A DNA stretch of 37,913 nucleotides from an uncultured virus (IMG/VR IMGVR_UViG_3300047548_000491) (IMGVR_UViG_3300047548_000491:62001-99913), one strand, 5' to 3'; counted from the first letter of the stretch, positions 27,558 through 36,600 are shown. The notes: generated by a model not told the origin, from the letters alone. Made by a program: numbers and translations.

Positions 27558-28678
27558 AAATTCAAACACTATTAGAAGCTGCTGGACAAGTTGGGCGTAA
27601 GTATCAACACATTGAAGATTTAGTAATAGCTAATGGTAGTGCAGGTGGACTACATGCAGTTGAACGCATGAAGCACATGGTTGACAATTACGATTCAATT
27701 GAACTTAAGTGGGACGGTATGCCAGTAGTATACTGGGGCCGTGATGAAAAAGGTGTCTTTAGAATGATTCCTAAGAATGCTTGGGCTTACTTAAAGTCAG
27801 GCAAGACACAAACTAGTTCAGGTGCAAGTACAATCATGAACAGCCCCGATGACGTTTATAAATTTGTTATGGGCACAGGAGACGGTGGAGAAGGTCGTGC
27901 AGGATTTGCAAAGCAATTTGCTAGCTTGTGGCCACTGTTCGAAAAGATAAGCCCTAAGCAAGGCTTCCTTGAAGGTGGTTTATTATTCTTCCCTGGTTCA
28001 ATGCCTGTAGTTAATAAAAACACAAATACATACGATTTCAAACCTAATATTACTACATTCCATGTACCAGTAGATAGCAATTTGGGTAAGCGCATTGCTA
28101 ATGCTAAGATGATGGTTGCTGCCACTGGTTACTATACACAGATGGGTTCAAGTGATGAACAGCGTTATCCGGATGCACAGAAACTAAGCACACCTGATGT
28201 TATTGTACAAGGCACAACGTATGTTGAAGAAATGCCAGGTGTTAGCACAGCAGGTCTAGACAGAATTGAACAGTTCATAAGGACAAACGCTCAAAAAATT
28301 GACAACTACTTAGCACCTAAGAAGGGATTAAGTAATCCAGGTGGTGAGTTATACACTTATCTAAATAAACATTTACGCACAACAGGTCTGTTGAAAGACT
28401 TTCCTGCTTGGGCACAACAGAATTTAAGTGCAGGTAAAGCACAAGCAATGTTAGCAGATACTGAAGGGTTAAAAGCTACATTGGGAGCAGTAGAAGCATT
28501 GTCTAATGAAAAGATGAAGATTATCAAGTCATTAAGTTTGGGACTTCACGGTGGTATCATGCAAACTAATCCTGAAGGATACGCACAAGCACATCCTGAG
28601 ATTAATTTCAAGTATGATCTGCCTGGACAATTCTTAAAACTTATTGACCAACTAAATTGGAAGCCAAGAGCATTATGA
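27554..28678 (+). CDS. ATP-dependent ligase-fold-like protein (DUF6267-like) with leader MKIQTLLE
   Basis: HIED, motif I-like ELKWDG (K at 27707), motif III-like LEGGLL, FKPN.TT, motif IV-like PEGY, and C-terminal LKLID. Confidence 0.6.
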   Translation: MKIQTLLEAAGQVGRKYQHIEDLVIANGSAGGLHAVERMKHMVDNYDSIELKWDGMPVVYWGRDEKGVFRMIPKNAWAYLKSGKTQTSSGASTIMNSPDDVYKFVMGTGDGGEGRAGFAKQFASLWPLFEKISPKQGFLEGGLLFFPGSMPVVNKNTNTYDFKPNITTFHVPVDSNLGKRIANAKMMVAATGYYTQMGSSDEQRYPDAQKLSTPDVIVQGTTYVEEMPGVSTAGLDRIEQFIRTNAQKIDNYLAPKKGLSNPGGELYTYLNKHLRTTGLLKDFPAWAQQNLSAGKAQAMLADTEGLKATLGAVEALSNEKMKIIKSLSLGLHGGIMQTNPEGYAQAHPEINFKYDLPGQFLKLIDQLNWKPRAL

Positions 28679-30519
28679 AACGTACAGGGAACAGCAAAGT
28701 AGCAGTAGTAGGTTGGGGCCGTGGAATGGGCCATACTGGTCATATGTATCTAGCTGATGCAGTGATTCAACAAGCGGCCGATATGAAAGCTGACCCTTAT
28801 TTCTTTATTAGCAAAACAGTTGGTAAAGATGATCCCATCTATCCAGAAGAAAAAGTAAAAATCTATCAAGCTGTATTCCCTAAATACGCAAACATCTTCA
28901 TGCCTCAAGGTAACTTGAATCAAGCGTTAACAGACTTATCTCAATTAGGTTATGACGGTGTCGTAGTTGTCGTCGGTGCAGATCAAAAACAAGCATTTCA
29001 ATACTTAGAGAAACCAAACAAAGAAGGTGTACCTGTATACCAAACAATGGGATTCAAAAAGCTAAGAGTTATTAGTAGACAAGAAACCCGTAGTAAGTTT
29101 GCCAATGAAGAAGGCCCTCGTGCTACTCCAATGCGTGAGATTCTAATGAATCCAAATGCAAGTGAAGAAGATAAATTTGCAGTATGGCGTAGAGACATGC
29201 CAAAGAATTTACCTGATAAACAAGTGTTAGACTTGATGCAAAAAGCAGAACAGCGCATGAGAGCTATTCCAGTTAAGAATAAGAAACTTAAAGAGTTCAT
29301 TACTAAATTACGTCCATTGCTTAAAGAAGCGAACACAGCACAAAGATTGAAAGTGTTAAAGTTAATCAAAGAATCAATGGCACACAAAATTGATGAGACA
29401 TTAAATAGAGATGGATATCATGTTAGCGTACAGAAAGGCAAGTTTATGCCTAGTAAGTTCGGAGAAGATAATTATAACTATTTACATGACTTAATGAATA
29501 GCAGCGAAAGCAGCGGTAGCCCTATGTTAGTCACCATTGATGATAAGAAACTTGCACGTGAAATTGCTGCAATGTACGGCGCTGATGTAGAAGAAACTGG
29601 TTTAGGAACATATAGAATTGTTCAAAGAAAAGGCTCAACACCACAACAAGTTAAGACACCAGAGTTATCCACTGTAAATGAATTCGCACCCAGTGATGAT
29701 AAAAGACCAGATGCTGAATATGAAGTATATCTATGTTCAGGATTAGACGACCAATTTAAGTGGGAAGGTGATCCACTATTACGCACAAATAACTTAGGCA
29801 AAGCACACACTGTTGCTTATGAACTATGGAAAAAACATCCCAACAGAATGTTTATGATTTGGCAAGACAAGACTCAAGGTAGTCGCGGTGGATATGGACC
29901 TAAGGGGTCTGTTCTTGAACCTAGTGAAGAAGAATTGAATGAATTTGCAGCAGGTGGTGATTTCAAACCACCTGCTCCCCCAAAACAAAAAAGTAACGAT
30001 CCTTGGGGCAATGATGACCGTAGCAAGATTATACAAGCAGTTGGGCAATTATTAAAAGCCGGTAACAAAGTAGATTGGAAAGTCCCGGGACAAATGGGAC
30101 ATGTTGTTAGAGTTAGTGATGACAGCGTAACAATGAAGCGTTGGGGCAAACCGTATAGCAAGATCCATTATTCGTTGATGCTTACAGACGACCAAGATGA
30201 CAAATATGAAATTCAACTGGTCAAACCCGGCTATTACAAAGTTGTCACTTCAGATCCTGATTGGCAATTAGATGAAGGTCCATACGAGTATCAGCCACCG
30301 GGAGCCGGTGCTGCACAGACAAATAATGTACTGCGTCAAATGAACCAAAATTCAGGTAAGTTTGTTTGGAAAAAGCCAAACCAAATCGGTGGAAGTTTTA
30401 CTGAACAAGAATTATTATCAAAAGGTTTTAAGAAATCACAATATAATTCTTGGGGCGGAACACAAGAAATGTGGAACCGTCTACTAAACATACGTGAAGA
30501 TTACCTAGACGAAAAATAA
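28675..30519 (+). CDS. HxGH (cytidyltransferase/NadD-like) nucleotidyltransferase fused to a chain of small C-terminal modules
   Basis: VVGWGRGMGHTGH (HTGH at 28732-28743), DDPI, VVVVGADQ, RATPMRE; ATGA coupling to upstream gene gives start 28675. Confidence 0.75.
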   Translation: MKRTGNSKVAVVGWGRGMGHTGHMYLADAVIQQAADMKADPYFFISKTVGKDDPIYPEEKVKIYQAVFPKYANIFMPQGNLNQALTDLSQLGYDGVVVVVGADQKQAFQYLEKPNKEGVPVYQTMGFKKLRVISRQETRSKFANEEGPRATPMREILMNPNASEEDKFAVWRRDMPKNLPDKQVLDLMQKAEQRMRAIPVKNKKLKEFITKLRPLLKEANTAQRLKVLKLIKESMAHKIDETLNRDGYHVSVQKGKFMPSKFGEDNYNYLHDLMNSSESSGSPMLVTIDDKKLAREIAAMYGADVEETGLGTYRIVQRKGSTPQQVKTPELSTVNEFAPSDDKRPDAEYEVYLCSGLDDQFKWEGDPLLRTNNLGKAHTVAYELWKKHPNRMFMIWQDKTQGSRGGYGPKGSVLEPSEEELNEFAAGGDFKPPAPPKQKSNDPWGNDDRSKIIQAVGQLLKAGNKVDWKVPGQMGHVVRVSDDSVTMKRWGKPYSKIHYSLMLTDDQDDKYEIQLVKPGYYKVVTSDPDWQLDEGPYEYQPPGAGAAQTNNVLRQMNQNSGKFVWKKPNQIGGSFTEQELLSKGFKKSQYNSWGGTQEMWNRLLNIREDYLDEK

Positions 30520-30526
30520 TTCGCAC

Positions 30527-30564
30527 CCTCGTTACTGATGTAAATATTTGCATCATTAATGAGG
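30527..30564 (+). promoter_or_regulatory. Long imperfect hairpin with late promoter GTAAATA at its centre and the RBS in its 3' arm
   Basis: CCTCGTTACTGATGTAAAT|ATTTGCATCATTAATGAGG; CCTC pairs with the GAGG Shine-Dalgarno of ATG 30570. Confidence 0.7.
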
Positions 30565-30569
30565 ACCTT

Positions 30570-31556
30570 ATGGCAACAAAGAAAACAACCAAACCTGCTG
30601 CAAAAGCAGCTACTAAAGCAGTAAAATCTGTACCCGTCGAAAAGGTACAAGAAATCAAAGAAGAAGCACAACAAGCTCCTGCAACTCCTACTCCAGGACA
30701 AGTTCAAGTTAACGTAGATTATCTACGAACAACTAAAGTTCATATCGCTATGCCCTGCTATGGTGGCATGTTGACTGAATCAACATTTATGAGTTTCATT
30801 AAATGGGCTAACACTGCCCGCCAGCTTGGTATCGACTGGACTCTCGAAACCATGGTAAATGAATCTCTCATCAGCCGTGCCCGTAATACATTAACTGCTA
30901 AATTCTTGGAACAAGAAGGTGCAACTCACTTGTTCTTTGTCGATGCTGATATCGGTTGGGAACCATGGCACTTGCTAGTTTTATTGAACCGTGATGTTGA
31001 CGTTATCGGTGGTTTATACCCAATGAAGACTATGCCCATTAAGTGGGTTGTTAATGGATTCGAGGGTGCAGAAGAAGGTCCTGACGGACTACAAGAAGTT
31101 TCTAAAGCGGGTACTGGATTCTTGCTAATGAAGCGTCATGTATTTGAAAAGATGAACAGTCACCCTGCTGTTAAGCAATATAAGAACGATATTGGTCTAG
31201 ATCCTAAGTACGACAAGCACTTGAAGACATATTTTGACACTGCTGTTCGTCAAAGTCGTTACTACAGTGAAGACTGGACTTTCTGTGAAAACTGGCGTGA
31301 TTTAGGTGGTAAAATCTACGTTGACAAGCGTGTATTACTACGCCACAGCGGTTCTTATGTATTCTGTATGGAAAATCAAGACAGTCTATTGAATACAATT
31401 GGTCCGATGTATGTTGAAGAATTGAAGAAGAAGCAAGCGCAGGTTCCTGCAGTAGCGACTCCTGTTGATGCTAAATCTGTTAAGAAACCAACAAAAGCTC
31501 CAGCAAAGACCCCAGCAAAAGCAACTAAGAAAGCTGCTAGCAAAAAGACTGGTTAA
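30570..31556 (+). CDS. GT-A fold glycosyltransferase-like protein with Lys/Ala/Pro-rich termini
   Basis: IAMPCYGG, ESLISRARN, THLFFVDADIGW (DxD), GGLYPMK, GTGFLLMKR, SEDWTFC and L.HSG. Confidence 0.85.
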   Translation: MATKKTTKPAAKAATKAVKSVPVEKVQEIKEEAQQAPATPTPGQVQVNVDYLRTTKVHIAMPCYGGMLTESTFMSFIKWANTARQLGIDWTLETMVNESLISRARNTLTAKFLEQEGATHLFFVDADIGWEPWHLLVLLNRDVDVIGGLYPMKTMPIKWVVNGFEGAEEGPDGLQEVSKAGTGFLLMKRHVFEKMNSHPAVKQYKNDIGLDPKYDKHLKTYFDTAVRQSRYYSEDWTFCENWRDLGGKIYVDKRVLLRHSGSYVFCMENQDSLLNTIGPMYVEELKKKQAQVPAVATPVDAKSVKKPTKAPAKTPAKATKKAASKKTG

Positions 31557-31574
31557 AGTTATCTAACCTTAACG

Positions 31575-31602
31575 AAGAGGCTGTCATATGACAGCCTCTT
31601 TT
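31575..31602 (+). terminator. Rho-independent terminator, followed by late promoter ATAAATA (31604-31610)
   Basis: Perfect 26-bp palindrome AAGAGGCTGTCATATGACAGCCTCTT plus TT. Confidence 0.85.
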
Positions 31603-31614
31603 CATAAATACATT

Positions 31615-32703
31615 ATGCTTTTAAAAGAATTAGATAATTTTAAATTAAGTGATGCCCTATATTTTCACAAAAACCTGAATCCTGCTATTTTTGACGGGGA
31701 TAATATGAACCCTGAAGTAAGGGAGCAGTTATTGACTATTGCTCAGGATTTTATAGAACATTTAGGCATATCCAACTTAGAAGTTAAAGATATTACTATC
31801 TCGGGAAGTAATGCTGCATATTCCTACACTCGTCACAGTGATCTTGATTTACATATATTAGTTGACATGAATCAGTTCAACAACGATGACGTATATAGAG
31901 AATTGTTTGATGCTAAAAAGACTATATATAACGACCAACATGATATCAAAATAAATGACATTGACGTTGAATTATATGTACAAGACACAAATCAGCCCGT
32001 GATTAGTTTGGGAGAATATTCAGTATTAAACGATAAATGGATTCGTCTGCCTAGAAAACACAGAGCAAATTTTGATCAAGCAGCAACTAAGTTAAAGTTT
32101 GAGAAAATTGCGAAACTAGCTGAATACGCCATTAAATCTAACAACTACGAAAAGATTAGTAGTGTTCTAAAGACTATCAAAAAGTATCGACAAGCCGGAT
32201 TAGACTTAAATGGTGAGTTTGGCCCTGAAAATTTAGCATTTAAAGCATTGCGTAGTAAGGGTATTATTAAAAAGTTATATGAAAAATTAGATGACTTGCA
32301 TAGTCGAGAATTAAGTTTACCTGAAGATGCTCAATCTGGTTCCTTAAACAAACCTACGTTAAACGTAGTTGATTTAGCTAGGTTACATAAAGTAACTAAA
32401 GAACATATACAGAATCAACTTAAATTAGGCATCAAAGTTGAAATGGAACATACAAGTAAATACGAAGTTGCAAAAGAAATTGCACTAGACCATTTAAAAG
32501 AAGATCCTAATTATTACTCAAAACTACATAAAGTTGGTCTAGAAGAATCTTCCGGGTATATCCCCAGTGAAAAAGAAAAAAATGATCCTAGATTTAAAAC
32601 TGCACTAACAGTTGATGTAAAGCCTGATGCCATCGAAAAGAATGCAAAGGCTTTTGGCTTTAAAGTTACTAGGGCAGGTATTCCTCCATTGCTAAGAAAA
32701 TAA
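31615..32703 (+). CDS. Pol-beta-superfamily nucleotidyltransferase with appended DUF5661-like and C-terminal modules
   Basis: ISGSNAAYSYTRHSDLDLHI (GS plus DxD), DVELYVQD, GEFGPENLAFKALR; then GIKVEMEHT..AKEIALDHLKEDPNYYSKL; start reassigned to ATG 31615. Confidence 0.8.
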   Translation: MLLKELDNFKLSDALYFHKNLNPAIFDGDNMNPEVREQLLTIAQDFIEHLGISNLEVKDITISGSNAAYSYTRHSDLDLHILVDMNQFNNDDVYRELFDAKKTIYNDQHDIKINDIDVELYVQDTNQPVISLGEYSVLNDKWIRLPRKHRANFDQAATKLKFEKIAKLAEYAIKSNNYEKISSVLKTIKKYRQAGLDLNGEFGPENLAFKALRSKGIIKKLYEKLDDLHSRELSLPEDAQSGSLNKPTLNVVDLARLHKVTKEHIQNQLKLGIKVEMEHTSKYEVAKEIALDHLKEDPNYYSKLHKVGLEESSGYIPSEKEKNDPRFKTALTVDVKPDAIEKNAKAFGFKVTRAGIPPLLRK

Positions 32704-32715
32704 TAAGGATAAGAG

Positions 32716-35103
32716 ATGGCAACAGATCCAAGAACAATAATAAATGATAATGAGGATGCTGCGTTAAATCCAAGTGGTGTGGTGCCAGTATCGGCCCCCA
32801 ACACTAACGCCACACTGCAAACAGTAACAGTTCAATACACTACTCCTCCGTATTACGGAGTACAAGACTTGCAAATTATAAATGATCCAGGTGGCAATAC
32901 TGACGGTGCAATTCAATTCAATGCTAGTAATAGATTCGGCGGTGACGGTAATCTTCGTTGGGATAACAAAAATAAAACATTAAATGTTTCGGGTAACATT
33001 AGACTAACAGGTGAGCTACAAGGTAGAATTTACACATCTACTGCCAAATTCAAACTATACGGCGGAGTAGCTAATTATGTTTTGAGTACAGACGGAAACG
33101 GTAACTTATCTTGGGTAGATGTTGCAGATTCAACGTACGGTAATAGTAATGTAGCAGCATACTTAGCTAATTATACAGGTAATGTTAATGCAAGTAATAT
33201 TAATGTATCTGATACCGCGTATTTGTACAATATATCAAGCACAGGTACAGCGACAATTACTAACCTGGTGATTCATTCTACCGGGACTGCTAACTTAGGA
33301 CCACTATCAAATATTAAAATTTCAGGTGGCTCTAATGGACAATTTTTAAGTACAGACGGTAATGGTAACTTATCTTGGGTTAACATAAGCAATGCTAATT
33401 ATGCAACTTATTCAGGAACTGCTAACGTAGCTAACAGCGTTTCGGTGGCAAATGTTACTGGTATAGGAAATATTGCAACTACTAACTATGATGGCAACGC
33501 AAGCAATGTATTACATGGTGACGGTACGTGGAGTCCTACACCAACTAGCGTAGCTAATGCCAACTACGCTAATACTGCAAACATAGCGAATGTTTCTTAT
33601 TCTATTGACGGTGCTAATGTCAATGGAACAGTAGCCAACGCAAACTATGCTATCTACTCAGGTACAGCAAACACTGCTAATTCAGTAGCAGTAGGAAACG
33701 TGACTGGCATCGGTAATATTGCTACATTAAATTTAGATGGCAATGCAAGCAACATACTATATGGTAATGGTGTATTTGCGGCTGCTCCTAGTGGCGGTGG
33801 GTATGGTAATAGTAATGTCGCATCTTTCCTAGCAAGTTTTGGATCTAATACAATCACTACTACAGGTAACGTAAGCGTTGGTAACATCACTGCTACTAAC
33901 CTAGGTAATATAAGCAGCATAAACAAAGACGGCAACGCAAGCAATATTCTCTATGGTAATGGAGTATTTGCTGCACCCACAACACCGGCAGCTGCTGGCA
34001 GCAATACACAAGTTACATTTAATGATGCTAACGTATCAAATGGCAGTAGTAGTTTCACATATAATAAAACTACAGGTACATTAACAGTACTGGGTGTGGC
34101 TAATACTGGTATTAGTGCAGGTGACTTTGGTGTTGTAAGTACTGAATTACCAAATACAGTAGTAAGTTTCACAGCTAATGTTAACAGTTATACCCAAGTA
34201 ACACTACAGAACAAGAATACAGGTGCTGATGCTACAGCAGATTATATATTGACCGCAGATAACGGCACTGATACAGTTAATTACTTAGACTTGGGTATTA
34301 TTAATAGCGGTTATGATGCTAATACTCCAACTAATAGTTTAGGAAACATAGTTTATGCTGCTGACAGTTACTTATATGCTCAAGGTAATGTGAGCAATAC
34401 AAGTCAGCCAGGTGGTAACTTAGCAATTGGTACAACTGTTGCTGGCAAATCTGTTAAGATTTTTGCAGGTGGCACCAGTAACTCAAACATCGTTGCTAAT
34501 ATTTCTAATACAGGTGTTGCAGTTACTGGTAATTTAACTACCACAATTAATGTAATTGCTACAGGAAATGTTAGTGGAAGTACATTAATTTCTACGAACG
34601 CATCAGGAGACGAAGGTGGCGAACTTCAATTAGCTAAAGCACCAAACAGTACATTATCTGGTAATATTATTGTAGATTCCTACATAAACAGAGTACGAGT
34701 ATTTGACGGGGGCGGCACAAATCGCGGAATGTATTTTGATATCGCTAATAGTCCAGCAGGCGTAGGTGCAGCAGTGGGTTATCGTGATATTCCTCAAGTT
34801 ACTTTCTCAGGTAATGCAACATTGGCAGCAACAGATGCAGGTAAACATTATTATTCTCAATTGTCTACTGCGAACACACTAACGATACCTAACAATGCAA
34901 GTGTTTCATTTAGTACTGGTGCAACTATAAACATTATAAATCAAGGAACAGGAAATATAACTATCGCTCAGGGAACAGGTGTTTCATTGTATTTGGCTGG
35001 TAATTCTACTAGTGCTAATAGAACACTCACTTCGTACGGTATAGCATCTATAACCAAAGTTTCAACTGATACCTGGTTTATATCTGGAGTGGGGTTGTTA
35101 TAA
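32716..35103 (+). CDS. Tail-fibre-like Asn/Gly/Thr-rich repeat protein (795 aa)
   Basis: Repeats LSTDGNGNLSWV x2, YGNSNVA x2, DGNASN(I/V)L x3; C-terminal GYRDIPQ...TWFISGVGL domain; AAGGA RBS. Confidence 0.75.
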   Translation: MATDPRTIINDNEDAALNPSGVVPVSAPNTNATLQTVTVQYTTPPYYGVQDLQIINDPGGNTDGAIQFNASNRFGGDGNLRWDNKNKTLNVSGNIRLTGELQGRIYTSTAKFKLYGGVANYVLSTDGNGNLSWVDVADSTYGNSNVAAYLANYTGNVNASNINVSDTAYLYNISSTGTATITNLVIHSTGTANLGPLSNIKISGGSNGQFLSTDGNGNLSWVNISNANYATYSGTANVANSVSVANVTGIGNIATTNYDGNASNVLHGDGTWSPTPTSVANANYANTANIANVSYSIDGANVNGTVANANYAIYSGTANTANSVAVGNVTGIGNIATLNLDGNASNILYGNGVFAAAPSGGGYGNSNVASFLASFGSNTITTTGNVSVGNITATNLGNISSINKDGNASNILYGNGVFAAPTTPAAAGSNTQVTFNDANVSNGSSSFTYNKTTGTLTVLGVANTGISAGDFGVVSTELPNTVVSFTANVNSYTQVTLQNKNTGADATADYILTADNGTDTVNYLDLGIINSGYDANTPTNSLGNIVYAADSYLYAQGNVSNTSQPGGNLAIGTTVAGKSVKIFAGGTSNSNIVANISNTGVAVTGNLTTTINVIATGNVSGSTLISTNASGDEGGELQLAKAPNSTLSGNIIVDSYINRVRVFDGGGTNRGMYFDIANSPAGVGAAVGYRDIPQVTFSGNATLAATDAGKHYYSQLSTANTLTIPNNASVSFSTGATINIINQGTGNITIAQGTGVSLYLAGNSTSANRTLTSYGIASITKVSTDTWFISGVGLL

Positions 35104-36569
35104 TGGCTGGTATATTAATGCCCATTATGGCAATTGCTGGTCAAGGAGGTATTATAGTACCTAGTGAAATTCCAAACTTGAACCTTTGGTACGATGCATC
35201 CGTTAGTGACGCTGCGTATATACAATCACCGGGTGGTACTGCTCCCACTAACGGCGGTCCTGTTAAAGCTCTAATTGATAAAATGGGTTTTGGACGAAAC
35301 GTTGACCAAGCAGCATCCAACCGTCAACCGCTTTGGCGCGCCAATCAACAAAATGGTTTAGGTACTATACAATTTGACGGAATTAATGATACTTTCACCT
35401 TAAATCCAATAGCATGGGCTTTGAGTTTACCTGGACAGACTACTTTTATTGTTGTTAAATTAGCTGCACAAGCGAATCAAATGCACGTGATGGCAACTAA
35501 TACGGGCGGTTTCACATTTAACTTGAATGGTACTAACTGGGCAGTAGAAACTGGTGGCGGAATAGCATCAAGTAGTCAAGGCAGTGATACAACTAATTAT
35601 CACTATATGGGTATGATTTTTGATGGTAGTCAAACTAATGCAGATATAACTACTCAGAATAATTTACGGGTGAGGTTCAGATATGACGGAGTACCGCAAA
35701 CACTCACGTTCAGTGCCAACGCCAATACCACTACATCAGCATCTGCAAATACATTAAACATTGGTTCAGATGACGCAGGAAACGCCAACTTCCTTAATGG
35801 ATATATAGGCGAAATGATGATCTGGACTAGAACATTAACTGCTACTGAAATTTCGCAAGTAGAAAACTATTTAAAGACTAAGTGGGGCATTACTAATCCA
35901 GTTACAAGTAATTTAGTGTTATCATATAATCCAGCAGTTTCTACAAGTTACGCAGGCTCCGGCACTACTATAAACAGTTTAGTATCACCTAACTTACCGG
36001 GTACATTAAGTAACATTACATATACTACTCCTTATTTTAGCTATAATGGTAGCACCTCACAAGTAAGTATTGCAGACAATGCTGCACTAGAACCTGGATC
36101 AGGTAATTGGACTATGGAAGTATGGTTCAATGCTGCTTCAACATCAGGAAGTACAGTTATTCTAGGTAAATTCAATAATGGTGGTATGGCAGCACATGTT
36201 TCTTATTCTATCAGAACTTCAAGTGCTAGTCTCTTTGCCCAGATAGGTGATGGGACAGGAGCATTTGTAAATTCTACTAGTTATACTTTCTCTACAAATA
36301 CTTGGTATCAGGTTGTTTATGTTTGGCAAAACGGTGCAACTAAAACATTAACTACGTATATAAACGGCACAAATATAGGAACAGTATCTCATACTTTATC
36401 AAGTATACTAAATTCAACAAATCCGCTGTATCTAGGACGTTACAACGGGGGTGAATACGCACAAAACTTTAACGGAAGAATTGGTATAACAAGATTGTAT
36501 AATAGCACTTTGTCAGCAGCAGAAGTATTGCAGAACTATAATGCATCTAGGTCAACATACGGTCTATGA
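35103..36569 (+). CDS. Tandem concanavalin A-like/LamG domain protein (receptor-binding or decoration)
   Basis: LWYDAS..IQFDG..GYIGEMMIWTRTL..VENYL..KW and WTMEVWF..TWYQVVYV..YING..FNGRIG..LYNSTLS.AEVLQNYNA; TAATG coupling to the fibre gene. Confidence 0.85.
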   Translation: MAGILMPIMAIAGQGGIIVPSEIPNLNLWYDASVSDAAYIQSPGGTAPTNGGPVKALIDKMGFGRNVDQAASNRQPLWRANQQNGLGTIQFDGINDTFTLNPIAWALSLPGQTTFIVVKLAAQANQMHVMATNTGGFTFNLNGTNWAVETGGGIASSSQGSDTTNYHYMGMIFDGSQTNADITTQNNLRVRFRYDGVPQTLTFSANANTTTSASANTLNIGSDDAGNANFLNGYIGEMMIWTRTLTATEISQVENYLKTKWGITNPVTSNLVLSYNPAVSTSYAGSGTTINSLVSPNLPGTLSNITYTTPYFSYNGSTSQVSIADNAALEPGSGNWTMEVWFNAASTSGSTVILGKFNNGGMAAHVSYSIRTSSASLFAQIGDGTGAFVNSTSYTFSTNTWYQVVYVWQNGATKTLTTYINGTNIGTVSHTLSSILNSTNPLYLGRYNGGEYAQNFNGRIGITRLYNSTLSAAEVLQNYNASRSTYGL

Positions 36570-36600
36570 CAGGTAATTTTATAAACATAAATGCGATATT

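Noticed and set aside
31581..31594. Pho-box half-site CTGTCAT
   Set aside because: Part of a perfect palindromic terminator, not an 11-bp direct repeat, and far from phoH.
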